Source of the DNA: a virus
Direction: 5' to 3' (one strand)
IMG/VR virus record: IMGVR_UViG_3300022744_000001
Span: 66,022 to 130,021 of that record
DNA: 64,000 bases
Shown: piece after piece, positions 19,690 through 29,074 of the stretch
Position numbering within the stretch: the first letter of the stretch is position 1
Layout of the letters: the number at the start of each line of letters is the position of its first letter
The notes under the pieces: generated by a model
The model's input: the letters and a program-made list of their open reading frames with translations, nothing else
What the model was told of the DNA's origin: nothing
Databases searched by the model: none
Translations under genes and position numbers: made by a program

Positions 19690-19981
19690 GGGCTCGGCGG
19701 AAGGGGTCGTTCAGCAGGACCAGCTTGAACATCCCGCCCTTGGCTCGCTCGACCTTGGCTTCCATGCCCTTGTCGCTGCGCATGATGTCGTACTTCTCTT
19801 TGAATCGGACCTTGCCCCCGACCTTTCCGGCCTCAGTGACCGTGAGGGGGACGCCGCGCTTGATCTCGCTCCACCAGTCGCCGTGCTTCATGTGGATGAG
19901 GAGTTCGTCACCCTCGTTGAGCACGTCGGGGTCAGCCTCTTTGGCGTTGGCGGTCCTGGCCCGGAAGTCGTAGTCGTACAT
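19664..19981 (-). CDS. hypothetical protein (105 aa), N-terminus MYDYDFR
   Basis: ORF track. Confidence 0.5.
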   Translation of the reverse strand: MYDYDFRARTANAKEADPDVLNEGDELLIHMKHGDWWSEIKRGVPLTVTEAGKVGGKVRFKEKYDIMRSDKGMEAKVERAKGGMFKLVLLNDPFRRALTVKRKED

Positions 19982-20004
19982 GACCTACGAATCCCACAAA
20001 GGGA

Positions 20005-20370
20005 TTACAGGCGGCCCTGTTCAATAGCGTCCGCAACCCGCGCCAGAACGTCCCGAGTCACCCGCCATTCGCTTGGGGGTGTAGTCTTCAAGATGAAGTT
20101 GCCGTCCCGGAGCTTTCGAATCAAGTCTCTGGCCGTGGAGTCGAGAGGCGGGAGGCTCTGTGCCTCGGTGACCGCAATTCGTCGCAAGGTCTCATAGCTC
20201 CTGCTGGTGCGCATCCTCCCCGATGGGGACACCAGCTCCTTCCCGGACACGGTCGCCTTGTAGAGCCCCTGCCGGATCGGCTCGACACGGAGGGTCCGCC
20301 CCTGGAACTGGGCTACGTGCCGTCCCTGGGCGTCAAGGTGCCAGCCGGTGAAGTCTTTGGGGGTCACCAC
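20005..20370 (-). CDS. hypothetical protein (GTG start overlapping upstream stop)
   Basis: GTGGTGA overlap. Confidence 0.4.
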   Translation of the reverse strand: MVTPKDFTGWHLDAQGRHVAQFQGRTLRVEPIRQGLYKATVSGKELVSPSGRMRTSRSYETLRRIAVTEAQSLPPLDSTARDLIRKLRDGNFILKTTPPSEWRVTRDVLARVADAIEQGRL

Positions 20371-20705
20371 TGCTTCGGGTCTCCAAAGCGCTCCTGGAGC
20401 GCTGCAAAGACCTCCGGGGTCTCTTCCTTCGTGAACGGGAACAGGTCCTGGTGCTTGGTCAGGAACTCCGCCGCTTCCATCACCTGGTGTGGTTGCGCTG
20501 CGTCCGTGTAGAACTTCAGCGACAACTCGAGCCGATACGCCCCGGTGAAAATGTCCCGATGGAAGACTGCCACGAGCCGAACCGGCTCTTCTGTGTATGT
20601 GGTGATGGTGCGCCCTCGGGCCCCGCACATACCGCCGTCCATGAGCTTGCCTCCAAGGGCCTCCATCGCTTTCACGACCGCCGCTACTTTCTCACTCACG
20701 CTCAC
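20364..20705 (-). CDS. hypothetical protein
   Basis: AAGGGGG RBS; GTG/TTG start ambiguous. Confidence 0.4.
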   Translation of the reverse strand: MSVSEKVAAVVKAMEALGGKLMDGGMCGARGRTITTYTEEPVRLVAVFHRDIFTGAYRLELSLKFYTDAAQPHQVMEAAEFLTKHQDLFPFTKEETPEVFAALQERFGDPKQW

Positions 20706-21165
20706 AGTCAACCCCCTTGGTAATCGCGTCCTCGAGCACCATCTTAGCTTCCTTCAGGAGGCAGCCCGTACGCATCCGGTAAGCCTTGATCGCGTTGATC
20801 CTGGAGAAGGGCTCGCTCCCCATCATGAGCGCAAGCTCGGAGTCGAGCGGAGGCGGGAGGGTTACCCGGTTGTCCGGTGACACTGAGACGTCGGACGCCT
20901 CAAACGCCTCGATGCCCACCACCTCGACCAGCCGGACAGGAAGCAGCTCCATGAGCGACTCGGTCACGAACTCCCACCCGGTCAGGAGCACGAGCGAGTT
21001 GGTAGGGTTCGAGAGCTGGTAGGTGTCCTGGACAACTCTCACCCAGGCGGGAACACCGTTCTCCCACATACCTTCATCTTCTAGGTGCCGCAAATCCTTG
21101 CGAATTTTAAGGAACCCGAAGGTCTTCAGTTTCTCGAACAGCTCTTTTTTGATGGGGTTGTCCAT
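20692..21165 (-). CDS. hypothetical protein with ribosomal L7/L12 C-terminal-domain-like segment
   Basis: RINAIKAYRMRTGCLLKEAKMVLEDA resembles L7/L12 CTD [24 protein letters not shown]. Confidence 0.45.
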   Translation of the reverse strand: MDNPIKKELFEKLKTFGFLKIRKDLRHLEDEGMWENGVPAWVRVVQDTYQLSNPTNSLVLLTGWEFVTESLMELLPVRLVEVVGIEAFEASDVSVSPDNRVTLPPPLDSELALMMGSEPFSRINAIKAYRMRTGCLLKEAKMVLEDAITKGVDCERE

Positions 21166-21169
21166 GGGT

Positions 21170-21655
21170 TCACTCGCTGGGGCGGGATTGATTTTGAAGC
21201 CAAGCCGCGACGCGGCGGAAGCTTTCTTTCTGATCGGGCGTGAGGCCCGACATGAGATTGGCTGCACGGGTCAGAAGCTCTGCGGACATGAGGAGGTCGG
21301 TGCTGGGCGGGGTGGGGCTGGACAGGCTCTTCAAGGAATCCGGGCCCGGGACGGGCTCATCCCGGCGCCACCACTGGCCATCGGGCAAGAGGCGCAACCC
21401 GGCCACAGCGACCTTCTCCGCCGCTTCCTGGGCCTGCCGGAAGGTGCCCGCGTTCGAGTCCCAGCGGGTGAACACGATGACCTTGAAGAGCTTGCCCTCA
21501 GCCCCCACGACCTCGAACGACCAACGGTCCGGGGTGCCCGCGAGAGAGACCAGGTGGATCACTACGAGGCCCATCGTGACCACGCCATCCGCCTCAAAGG
21601 GGATGCGGGTCGAGATGCTGTGCTGGCTCGAGCTACGGCGTGCGAACTTCATCAT
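21170..21655 (-). CDS. hypothetical protein (161 aa)
   Basis: degenerate M1 upstream. Confidence 0.5.
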   Translation of the reverse strand: MMKFARRSSSQHSISTRIPFEADGVVTMGLVVIHLVSLAGTPDRWSFEVVGAEGKLFKVIVFTRWDSNAGTFRQAQEAAEKVAVAGLRLLPDGQWWRRDEPVPGPDSLKSLSSPTPPSTDLLMSAELLTRAANLMSGLTPDQKESFRRVAAWLQNQSRPSE

Positions 21656-21978
21656 GTCTGGGTAACGCGCAAGCGGTTGGTTTTCTGAACCGACTTCCGA
21701 ACTTTTTTCGTGGGCTCGACCTGAATCGTCGCGTACTCATCGGGCGTCGGCGGCCGTGTCCCTTGCCTGTCCGGGGTGGCGATTCGTTCACGACGGCACC
21801 AGACCGCCTTGGTGGGCACGTCCTGCGGGTGGGCACGCTTCGCGCACCGGTCGCAACACGCAACCTGCTCCCCCGGCGTTCGGTTCGGGAGATCCGTCCA
21901 AATCGGGGTCGGGGTGCGACAGAAGCAGCACCGTTCGTACGGGGGTTCCGCGTGGGGCTCGAGCTGAACGGGAATCAT
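21652..21978 (-). CDS. Cys-rich zinc-ribbon protein
   Basis: GAGGTG RBS. Confidence 0.45.
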   Translation of the reverse strand: MIPVQLEPHAEPPYERCCFCRTPTPIWTDLPNRTPGEQVACCDRCAKRAHPQDVPTKAVWCRRERIATPDRQGTRPPTPDEYATIQVEPTKKVRKSVQKTNRLRVTQT

Positions 21979-21986
21979 AAGGCACC

Positions 21987-22373
21987 TCAGTAGTCGGAAG
22001 ACACACCCAGGATCTGGGCTGCAAACCTGGCCGCGTACCCGGCCTCGTTGGTCGAGAGGTTCGTGCGAGCGATGGCGAGCAGCATGGCCCCCTCCAGAGT
22101 CTTGGAGAACACGTGCTTGTCCTCGCCGTCCACGAACACGGAGTAACGCACACAGTCCCGGATCTTGAGGTAATGTTCGTGGCGCGGCTCCATGAAAAGC
22201 CGGACTTCCTTGACAGTCAACGCCTGACCAAAAGCCTCCTTGACGGCGAAGCGGTCCAGGACCTCCACCAGGGTGTACCGGCCGACATGGTGGTAGTCGA
22301 GTACCTGACCCACTCCAGTGAGCTGCACCTTCTTACGGTTTTCTTCGATGGTTTCAGGGGTGTGCATGTTCAT
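21987..22373 (-). CDS. hypothetical protein (128 aa)
   Basis: ATGA overlap. Confidence 0.5.
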   Translation of the reverse strand: MNMHTPETIEENRKKVQLTGVGQVLDYHHVGRYTLVEVLDRFAVKEAFGQALTVKEVRLFMEPRHEHYLKIRDCVRYSVFVDGEDKHVFSKTLEGAMLLAIARTNLSTNEAGYAARFAAQILGVSSDY

Positions 22374-22753
22374 TTCCTTTTGGTTCTGCGCTTCTGCGCG
22401 TTCTGGACCTTCTTGGTTTCCTTCTCATCGAGGATGACGCAAGGGATTGTCTCACGGCCTTCGTTCAAAGCTTTGGTAATTCGATGCCAGCCGTCGATGG
22501 GTAGGTGCGAGCCCTTGACAGTTACCAGGATGACCGGCACGTCGAGGTTGATGGTTGACCAGTCCTCGACGGGGTCGATTCCAATGAACCCGAGGAAAGT
22601 CGCAGCACTCTGTACGGGGAGGGGAAGCACCAGGGCGCTTTCACCCTTCTCGCGGAGGATGCGCTTGGCCGCGCCAACATCGAAGGAATGGGCCATGAAA
22701 GTGAAGGTTTCCTCTGAGTCATGCCACTCGGTTTTGCAGGGAACGCCGCTCAT
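22370..22753 (-). CDS. ParB-like nuclease domain protein
   Basis: LPIDGWHRITKAL matches ParB/Srx DGxHR motif. Confidence 0.55.
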   Translation of the reverse strand: MSGVPCKTEWHDSEETFTFMAHSFDVGAAKRILREKGESALVLPLPVQSAATFLGFIGIDPVEDWSTINLDVPVILVTVKGSHLPIDGWHRITKALNEGRETIPCVILDEKETKKVQNAQKRRTKRK

Positions 22754-22768
22754 GGGTCTCTCCAGCCC

Positions 22769-23146
22769 TCAGAAAGGGGCCACGTTGGTGTGCGCCTTGA
22801 CCTCAGCCCGGAGCGCCTCGACCATTTCGAGGTGGGCCTTGCCGCGCTTGGTGAGCGCGTCCAGCTTCTTGGAGAGCCCGATCCGCTTGCCGCCGCGGGC
22901 GGCCGTCACGAGCTTGTTGTAGTGCTGCCACTCGAGGCGGAGGTCCACGAGGTCGGCCTCCCAGCGGGCCAAGGTGCCCTTGAGATCCTCACCCGTGCCG
23001 AAGCACTGGGTGCAGGGGAGGGTACGACCCTTGACCGGGTTGGTCTCGCCACGACCCTCACAACGGGGGCACGCATGATGCTCAGCGCGAAGGTGGTTCT
23101 CGTAGTGGTTCGAGTTTTCAGCGGCGGCGGGCTTCTGGTTTTCCAT
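22769..23146 (-). CDS. DnaJ/anti-TRAP-type zinc-finger protein (2x CxxCxGxG)
   Basis: CPRCEGRG and CTQCFGTG; M1 upstream. Confidence 0.55.
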   Translation of the reverse strand: MENQKPAAAENSNHYENHLRAEHHACPRCEGRGETNPVKGRTLPCTQCFGTGEDLKGTLARWEADLVDLRLEWQHYNKLVTAARGGKRIGLSKKLDALTKRGKAHLEMVEALRAEVKAHTNVAPF

Positions 23147-23198
23147 CTTGTCTAGGAAACGCGCCAGCTACCGAGTTTCTATACTGGGAAAAGCTGAA

Positions 23199-23393
23199 TT
23201 ACGCGCGCTCCGGACGGCGAGTGTGCACAGAGTACGCCCACGAAGCCAGGGCAACGAACAAATAGACTGCCAGCCCCGTGAGGATTATCGCCAGGAGGAC
23301 GAGTCCCAGGACGACCCAAAGGGCAATCAGAACGAGGGTGGCGATTGCCCGTGTAAGGAATCCCACCTTGAACGGTACGGCTTGGTTCGGCAT
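23199..23393 (-). CDS. small two-TM membrane protein (holin-like topology)
   Basis: hydrophobicity only. Confidence 0.45.
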   Translation of the reverse strand: MPNQAVPFKVGFLTRAIATLVLIALWVVLGLVLLAIILTGLAVYLFVALASWAYSVHTRRPERA

Positions 23394-23432
23394 GGTGACC
23401 CCACACTGAAAGCGGGGGATAAGAGGAACTCC

Positions 23433-23807
23433 TCAGAAGGGGAGGTCGTCGGCGGTTCCCACGGCGGCGATGCGTTCCGCCTCGAGTTCCGCACACAGCT
23501 CGACGTTGTAGTCGTTGCGAAACTCGTCCACCAGATCCGGCTGGAAAGCAGGGGTGGATTTTTCCGCTTTGGGGGCCTTCTTGGCGGCCTTGGGGGCGTT
23601 GCCCATACGGCAGACGTAGATGCCGTTGCCCGACCACAGGATCTCGGTCACCTGCTTGCGGGTACCGAACTTGTCGCCCAGGCGCTTGGCCAGGACAATC
23701 TCACCGACCTGGACGGCGCCCTGACCTTCGATGCGGAGGCCCCACTTGTCTTCGGCCTTGAGGGTGGAGTTGGACTTCGTGAAGCTGGCGGTCTTGAGGT
23801 TTTCCAT
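23433..23807 (-). CDS. hypothetical protein (124 aa)
   Basis: M1 with AAGGAGAC RBS. Confidence 0.6.
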   Translation of the reverse strand: MENLKTASFTKSNSTLKAEDKWGLRIEGQGAVQVGEIVLAKRLGDKFGTRKQVTEILWSGNGIYVCRMGNAPKAAKKAPKAEKSTPAFQPDLVDEFRNDYNVELCAELEAERIAAVGTADDLPF

Positions 23808-23849
23808 GGCGCGTCTCCTTGCTTAGAGAACGCGCAAGGGGTCAACGTC

Positions 23850-24131
23850 CTATACCGGACTCGCCAAAATCCGAGCTATCCGAGACCCGACCTGAAACAC
23901 CTCTTCGGCGAGGTCGGGTTGTAAACGGAAGTCGCACCCGAGCACGGAACCTACAACACCAGAGGTGCAGCGGCTCCGGTCTACCCAGAGGCTGTGTTGC
24001 GCCAGGTCCCAGAATTCTGGGCTCACATACACGGTGGGTTTATCCCCGGGGTGGGTGAGGCCCAGAGATTCCACACGCATGGTCGTGAAGAGGCGCTGGA
24101 GGAGCAGGTCGCCATCTTTACTTTTCAGCAT
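23850..24131 (-). CDS. hypothetical protein, weak
   Basis: internal ATG only. Confidence 0.25.
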   Translation of the reverse strand: MLKSKDGDLLLQRLFTTMRVESLGLTHPGDKPTVYVSPEFWDLAQHSLWVDRSRCTSGVVGSVLGCDFRLQPDLAEEVFQVGSRIARILASPV

Positions 24132-24249
24132 GATGCTCACGCCAATCTGACACCGATTAGCTAGAGCGCACGTAAAAAACTGTACGTCAGGGCGGGTTTT
24201 GTGAGAAATCTCTCCGTATCCCTCCCTAGTTTGGGGGTGTAAGCAAACG

Positions 24250-24435
24250 TCAACCCGCGAAGAACTCTTTGAACGTGGCCAGGTCCACCCGAGACACCTG
24301 GCCATCTCGCTCGAGCAGAATGCGAGTCTCTCCGAGAACCCGCTCCGTGCCTTTGTAGGTGAAGTGTTCGCCGGTCAGAGCGTTTTGGACTTCGTCCCCG
24401 GGGTAAACAGTGGTTCGTTGAATGGCGTGGGCCAT
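24250..24435 (-). CDS. hypothetical protein (61 aa)
   Basis: M1 upstream. Confidence 0.45.
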   Translation of the reverse strand: MAHAIQRTTVYPGDEVQNALTGEHFTYKGTERVLGETRILLERDGQVSRVDLATFKEFFAG

Positions 24436-24508
24436 GCAAGAAGAACGCACGAGAACCCGGCGGCCTATACTGGGCCTCTGGTGAAAGTATCTATCCCTGG
24501 GGGTGAGT

Positions 24509-24697
24509 ATGAAGACGCTATCTCTTGCCGGAGTTAAGGGCCTCGACAGCGACACCTACCAGGCGTTCAAGAGCTTGGGCAAAGAGGTTGATCCGACCGC
24601 TGAGCTTTTCACCTACGACGACGGCGTGTTGGCCTTCAACGACCCAGAAGGGCCCAAGCTGGTTTACGGGGAGAGCGGCTGGATCACGGCTACTTGA
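24509..24697 (+). CDS. hypothetical protein (62 aa)
   Basis: GGGGGTGAGT RBS. Confidence 0.45.
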   Translation: MKTLSLAGVKGLDSDTYQAFKSLGKEVDPTAELFTYDDGVLAFNDPEGPKLVYGESGWITAT

Positions 24698-24962
24698 GCA
24701 GGGACAGGTTTTTCCTGGTCAAGGCGTAGGACGTCCAATCGTTTTTCAAGGGGCGACGACCTGACCCGCTCTCCGTGACCACCCCGACCTCGAAACGGTG
24801 CTTGGAAGCCAGGATCACGAAAATCCAACCCGTCTGAGTGGCCTTCTCATACTCAACCGGCCCGGTTTGGATGTACCCCAGATCCTTCAAACGGTCGTGG
24901 AGCGCCTTCGGGAGGGGGACAGCGGGGGCCTTTTTGGTCGGCTGCTCGGACACAGTGATCAT
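24690..24962 (-). CDS. hypothetical protein (90 aa)
   Basis: ATGA overlap, GGAGGAGG RBS. Confidence 0.5.
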   Translation of the reverse strand: MITVSEQPTKKAPAVPLPKALHDRLKDLGYIQTGPVEYEKATQTGWIFVILASKHRFEVGVVTESGSGRRPLKNDWTSYALTRKNLSLLK

Positions 24963-25420
24963 CGCCTCCTCCGGAAAGACCGAGCTACGACCTGCCAGTC
25001 GTCCGCCTGAAGGTCTTCATCGCTCGGGTCGTAGTTCCCCATCTGTTCGTCTGCGGCCAGGAATAACACCGCCGAGACCGAGCCGCCAACCACCTCGAAC
25101 TTGCGCACCAGGATGACCTGCTCGTCACCCCAGGCACGGCGTGCGATCACGCCATTGAACCCGGCCTCGGTCGCCGCCTTCTGGAAATTCAAGAGTTGCA
25201 TAGCATCCACCGCCTCATCTACTGCCTGGGTGCTGATTTTCACCCAAACCTTCCGCCGTTTCACTCGGAAAAGCACAACGCAGTAAGGCGTTGGCTGCAC
25301 CCCGACCGTCCCCCGCACCTCTCCCACAGTCCCCGCAGGGATCTCAATAGGGTCCCCGGCTTTTTGGTTGACATCTCGAAAGCCGTAGACGGGGAAAGGG
25401 AATCGAACGGTTCGTTTCAC
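24959..25420 (-). CDS. hypothetical protein; C-terminal half paralogous to gene 33579-33863
   Basis: shared GVIARxAW...YxPxDEDLxAxDWxVV blocks. Confidence 0.5.
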   Translation of the reverse strand: MKRTVRFPFPVYGFRDVNQKAGDPIEIPAGTVGEVRGTVGVQPTPYCVVLFRVKRRKVWVKISTQAVDEAVDAMQLLNFQKAATEAGFNGVIARRAWGDEQVILVRKFEVVGGSVSAVLFLAADEQMGNYDPSDEDLQADDWQVVARSFRRRR

Positions 25421-25426
25421 GTTGGT

Positions 25427-25852
25427 TTAGAACACCTTTTCGCCGATCCGGCGGATTGCCGACGCGCGGTAGCTCTCGATGACCTCTTCGCTCCACGGCA
25501 CCCGGCCGTCCACGACGATGTCGGCCACTCGAACGATGCACCCGCAAACCCCAGCCCCGCCGACGTGGGTGGCGTCCTCGCGCGAACAGTGGATGATCTT
25601 CGTCCCCTCGAGTCGAAACCATCCATCCACGCGGAAGCCATGGTGGCCAAAGGTATCGTCTTTGCGGATGAAATGGAAAAGGTCTCCGATATCCGGGGCG
25701 AGCTGACGTGGCTGCTCGCGCACCCAGTGGTCACGGCCTTCCTCGTCGAGGATTTCGTCGATGATCCGCTGGGCCAACTCCTCGGAGGTTTCCTCGGGGT
25801 GTTCATCGCGAAGCCGGGTCGCGATCTCGAGCATCCGCTTTTTGTCTTCCAT
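25427..25852 (-). CDS. hypothetical protein (141 aa)
   Basis: M1 upstream. Confidence 0.6.
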   Translation of the reverse strand: MEDKKRMLEIATRLRDEHPEETSEELAQRIIDEILDEEGRDHWVREQPRQLAPDIGDLFHFIRKDDTFGHHGFRVDGWFRLEGTKIIHCSREDATHVGGAGVCGCIVRVADIVVDGRVPWSEEVIESYRASAIRRIGEKVF

Positions 25853-25903
25853 GTCCTGGTAACGCGCAAGCCCCGGGGTTTCTATACTTGGTGTATGGCT
25901 TAC
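25853..25903. promoter_or_regulatory. divergent M1 (minus) + M2 (plus)
   Basis: TTCTATAC-TTGGTGTATG. Confidence 0.5.
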
Positions 25904-26263
25904 ATGATCAATGGTTACGACACTTCCTTGCCCGGCATCCCCTCGCAGGTGGACTTTGAAACCATAGTGAAAGTCACCCGGGGAGCTTGGCCCTACGGCG
26001 TCATTGAGTGGGATGATGGGAAGGTCGAAACGCTCAAAACCACCGTCTATCGCCAGTGGTATGAAACCATCTTCCTGTACGACACTTGGGATGCCTACCG
26101 TTCATGGACCGACCACGGGCTCACGGTCGCTAATCAAGACAGCATGATCATGGTCATTCCTGACTGTGACGCCCTGCACTTCACCTCGAGCGCCGTGGAC
26201 TCGCGCACGGGCAAGCTCGTCGAGAAGATCAAGAACGCCATCTTCAAAGCGCGCTACGACTAG
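25904..26263 (+). CDS. hypothetical protein (119 aa)
   Basis: M2-placed start. Confidence 0.5.
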   Translation: MINGYDTSLPGIPSQVDFETIVKVTRGAWPYGVIEWDDGKVETLKTTVYRQWYETIFLYDTWDAYRSWTDHGLTVANQDSMIMVIPDCDALHFTSSAVDSRTGKLVEKIKNAIFKARYD

Positions 26264-26265
26264 GT

Positions 26266-26308
26266 ATAGGCCCGGGGCAGCTCGCGCGTTCTTAGGGGGA
26301 GGTCGAAC
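26266..26308 (+). promoter_or_regulatory. M1 motif (plus orientation)
   Basis: TATAGGCC-N13-GCGTTCTT...ATG. Confidence 0.5.
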
Positions 26309-26566
26309 ATGGAAGAGTTCAAGGTCACGAGCAACGGCGAAGTTTTCATGGTTGACGTGAACGGCGCCCAAGTGGACGTCTACCGCACCATCCTTGGCGG
26401 CCTTCTGAGCAGCTCGTACACGGGCGAGGCCAAGATCAAGCGAGGCAAGCTCGTTGACCGCGACTCGAGCACCATGACCGAGCAGAACTGGGCGGACGTC
26501 GAAGCCGTCGTGTGCCCCAAGCGCGAGAAGGCGCCGAAGAGCAAGCAGGAAGAGTTGAAGTTCTAA
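26309..26566 (+). CDS. hypothetical protein (85 aa)
   Basis: M1 upstream. Confidence 0.55.
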   Translation: MEEFKVTSNGEVFMVDVNGAQVDVYRTILGGLLSSSYTGEAKIKRGKLVDRDSSTMTEQNWADVEAVVCPKREKAPKSKQEELKF

Positions 26567-26581
26567 TGGGGTAGTCCAAGC

Positions 26582-26875
26582 ATGGAGGAGGCTCGCGCGT
26601 TTTTGGCCCACCTTCTGATCTTGGAACAACAGGGCCTGGAACTCATGGCAACCATCGTGGATGCGAACCACGGTTGCCTGAGCTATGTCGATTTCTTCCA
26701 CCTGCTCCCGCTGAAGCTCCGCCAACAGTGCTCGGTTCGAGCAGGCGTGGCCGCCCTTGAAGCCCTGGACCGTCACAGCCCGGCCGGGCTCGCCCGCCTC
26801 GTGCTCTCCGCCCGCTGGGGCCAAACCAGAGCCTTCAACGCCACCGTGCGAGCCGCGGTCGAGTCACTCGCGTAG
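26582..26875 (+). CDS. hypothetical protein (97 aa)
   Basis: ORF track. Confidence 0.4.
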   Translation: MEEARAFLAHLLILEQQGLELMATIVDANHGCLSYVDFFHLLPLKLRQQCSVRAGVAALEALDRHSPAGLARLVLSARWGQTRAFNATVRAAVESLA

Positions 26876-27148
26876 GAACCGCTTGAACAGCTTCTTCAAG
26901 CTCTCAAAGCCGTCCCTGACCGTCTTGATCTCGGAGAGGTCCTTTTCAGCTCGAACAAAGAAGTCGTCCATGCGCTTGAAAGCGCGGTCGAATTCCTCGT
27001 CCAACCCCAAGCTCCTCCCCACGATGCCGTAGAGCACCGAGCATTGCGCGCATTGAATTCCGCTGAAAGTCGAGGTAGATCCTTCCGGTGTAACCTGGGC
27101 CATCTCGAATTTGCGGGACCCGCAAGCCATGCATTTCGGTTGTTTCAT
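26864..27148 (-). CDS. zinc-ribbon protein (CMACGS...CAQCS)
   Basis: GAGGGA RBS. Confidence 0.5.
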   Translation of the reverse strand: MKQPKCMACGSRKFEMAQVTPEGSTSTFSGIQCAQCSVLYGIVGRSLGLDEEFDRAFKRMDDFFVRAEKDLSEIKTVRDGFESLKKLFKRFLRE

Positions 27149-27170
27149 TCATCCCTCATGAGGTTAGCTA

Positions 27171-27677
27171 ATGCTTAGCCAGTTGCAGCGAGCCCTTGTC
27201 GCGCTGCCTTCATTGATCGACAACCCAAGTACACCGTGGCAGTCGCTGGCGGTCCGCTACGAGACGCCGCACGTGGACCGGGTATGGTTGCAGTGGGAGC
27301 CTGATACCCGGCTTTTCATCCACCAGATCTTCCCTTGCGACAAGCCCTTGTTTCATCCGCACCCGTGGCCGAGCGCTGTGGCCATCCTGGACAACTTCTA
27401 CACGATGGAACTGGGGCACGGCGACCCGGGCGGCCCGCCGCCGGAAGTGACTTCCACGGTTGTCCTGGGGCCAGGGTCGATCTACGAGATGGCTCACCCG
27501 TGGGGCTGGCACTCAGTGGGGCCAACGTTCACCTCGGTGTTCAGCGTGATGGTCACAGGGCGACCCTGGCCGAGCACCGGCGTGAAACACCCGGGTGCTG
27601 GCATGAAACACGACCCTTTGTCGCCAGAAGACGTGACCCGCATTCTGGAGCGGGCCCGCAAACTGCTCAGGAAATAG
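27171..27677 (+). CDS. hypothetical protein (168 aa), His-rich (possible cupin-like)
   Basis: GAGGTTAG RBS. Confidence 0.5.
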   Translation: MLSQLQRALVALPSLIDNPSTPWQSLAVRYETPHVDRVWLQWEPDTRLFIHQIFPCDKPLFHPHPWPSAVAILDNFYTMELGHGDPGGPPPEVTSTVVLGPGSIYEMAHPWGWHSVGPTFTSVFSVMVTGRPWPSTGVKHPGAGMKHDPLSPEDVTRILERARKLLRK

Positions 27678-27679
27678 GG

Positions 27680-28162
27680 TCACCGGATCGCGACCGGGCG
27701 GCCGTTCTGGATCAACCCCGCTTTGACCGCGAAGTCCACGCGCTCCCGAAGCACTTTCCTCAAGACCCTTGGAGGTAGGAGCCCGAGTTCTGTGTATTCA
27801 ATTTCGTTGTCGGCAATCCCGTAGTGCCGGTTGGAGTACACCCACGCTTTCAACGAAATCCCCACCCGACGAGCCACCTCCCGCTCCCACCCAAAGAAGT
27901 CGTATTCCTCGCTCGAGTCTGGCGGCTCCTTGCTGGCGAAGACATGACCCATCTCGTGAATGATGTCCGAAGGGGATATGGGGTAGATAAAGGTGGAGTA
28001 CAGGATGACCTTCTCTTCCCAAATGATCCCCAGGTCTCCCGCACTAAACGGGGCCCCCGCGATGTCGTCGCGCTGATCAAACTCCTCCTCGGTCAGCTCG
28101 ATAAGCTTCCCGCCCCAACCCGTACAGAGTCGAGCCAAACGTCGGATAATGATTTGGCTCAT
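27680..28162 (-). CDS. ImmA/IrrE-like (M78-type) HExxH metallopeptidase
   Basis: IIHEMGHVF plus N-terminal region typical of ImmA/IrrE family. Confidence 0.55.
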   Translation of the reverse strand: MSQIIIRRLARLCTGWGGKLIELTEEEFDQRDDIAGAPFSAGDLGIIWEEKVILYSTFIYPISPSDIIHEMGHVFASKEPPDSSEEYDFFGWEREVARRVGISLKAWVYSNRHYGIADNEIEYTELGLLPPRVLRKVLRERVDFAVKAGLIQNGRPVAIR

Positions 28163-28623
28163 TCCTCCCCCGTCCAGCCGCTCTCAAGAAGCCCTTTCGG
28201 GTCCTGCGTCCACTTGAGCTGGCGCGCAATGTGCTCGAGTCCGGGCCCATCCTTGAGTTCGCTCTCCCTGTAGATCATCGACTCCCACATGCGAGTGATG
28301 AGCAGCCCGTGACCCTCAACCTCGACCAGAGCGAACCGTACGACCTGCCAGCCCCCGTCCTCGTCCCGGCAAACGTGGCGGTAGCCGTAATCGTCCCGAC
28401 GCGCATGGAAGCTCATGGCCGCGTCCTCGGGGCTCGAGCCGACCATCTCATACCACTCGTGGGCAGGTTTGGGGTTCGGCTTGGGCTTCGCGAACCGCAC
28501 GCGGAAGAACGTCTCCGTACCCCGGCCGCCGCAAGCGATGCACGTTTGCTGGGACTTGGGTTGACTGTACTCCCCGTGGAAGCCGTGTCCCCCGCACTTC
28601 TGGCACGCTCGTGTGGCCATCAT
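28159..28623 (-). CDS. DnaJ/anti-TRAP-type zinc-finger protein (CQKCGGHG, CIACGGRG)
   Basis: M1 upstream. Confidence 0.55.
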   Translation of the reverse strand: MMATRACQKCGGHGFHGEYSQPKSQQTCIACGGRGTETFFRVRFAKPKPNPKPAHEWYEMVGSSPEDAAMSFHARRDDYGYRHVCRDEDGGWQVVRFALVEVEGHGLLITRMWESMIYRESELKDGPGLEHIARQLKWTQDPKGLLESGWTGEE

Positions 28624-28735
28624 GAACCTCTACCCAGGTAACGCGGAGAGGGCCGAAACTCTATACCGGAAATTCATTGAATCTCGAGCAAGCGCCCCTC
28701 TAAAATCAGTGTACCAAACAAGGGGGACGAGAACG

Positions 28736-29074
28736 ATGAGTGGTAACCCACCGATTTTTGACGTGTCGCGCGAGTCGATTCAGAAGATGCTCAATGAAAT
28801 CGAGGCTTATGTCGCCAAGGATGATCGGCTTACGGCTGACGTGCTCGAGCGCATCCTGTTCGTCCAGGTGCTCGATGCGGTCCGAACGGGGCACCCGGAA
28901 GCCAAGGAGCTGGCCAACCTCGCGCTCGACAGTATCGGGTCTCGCCTCCCGCACATTTTCGAGCTGTTGGCCAACCTGACCGACGCACAGCGGGAAGCCA
29001 TTGAGCGCACCCTGATGGCCCCCAAGCCTGAACGGGACGCCGCTCTCGAGCGTCTGGCCCCTACATCGGCTTGA
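28736..29074 (+). CDS. hypothetical protein (112 aa)
   Basis: AAGGGGGA RBS. Confidence 0.5.
   Translation: MSGNPPIFDVSRESIQKMLNEIEAYVAKDDRLTADVLERILFVQVLDAVRTGHPEAKELANLALDSIGSRLPHIFELLANLTDAQREAIERTLMAPKPERDAALERLAPTSA

Noticed and set aside
26102-26824. 240-aa minus-strand ORF
   Set aside because: Spans three supported plus-strand genes in antisense; A/R/G/L-rich composition typical of GC-rich antisense frames.
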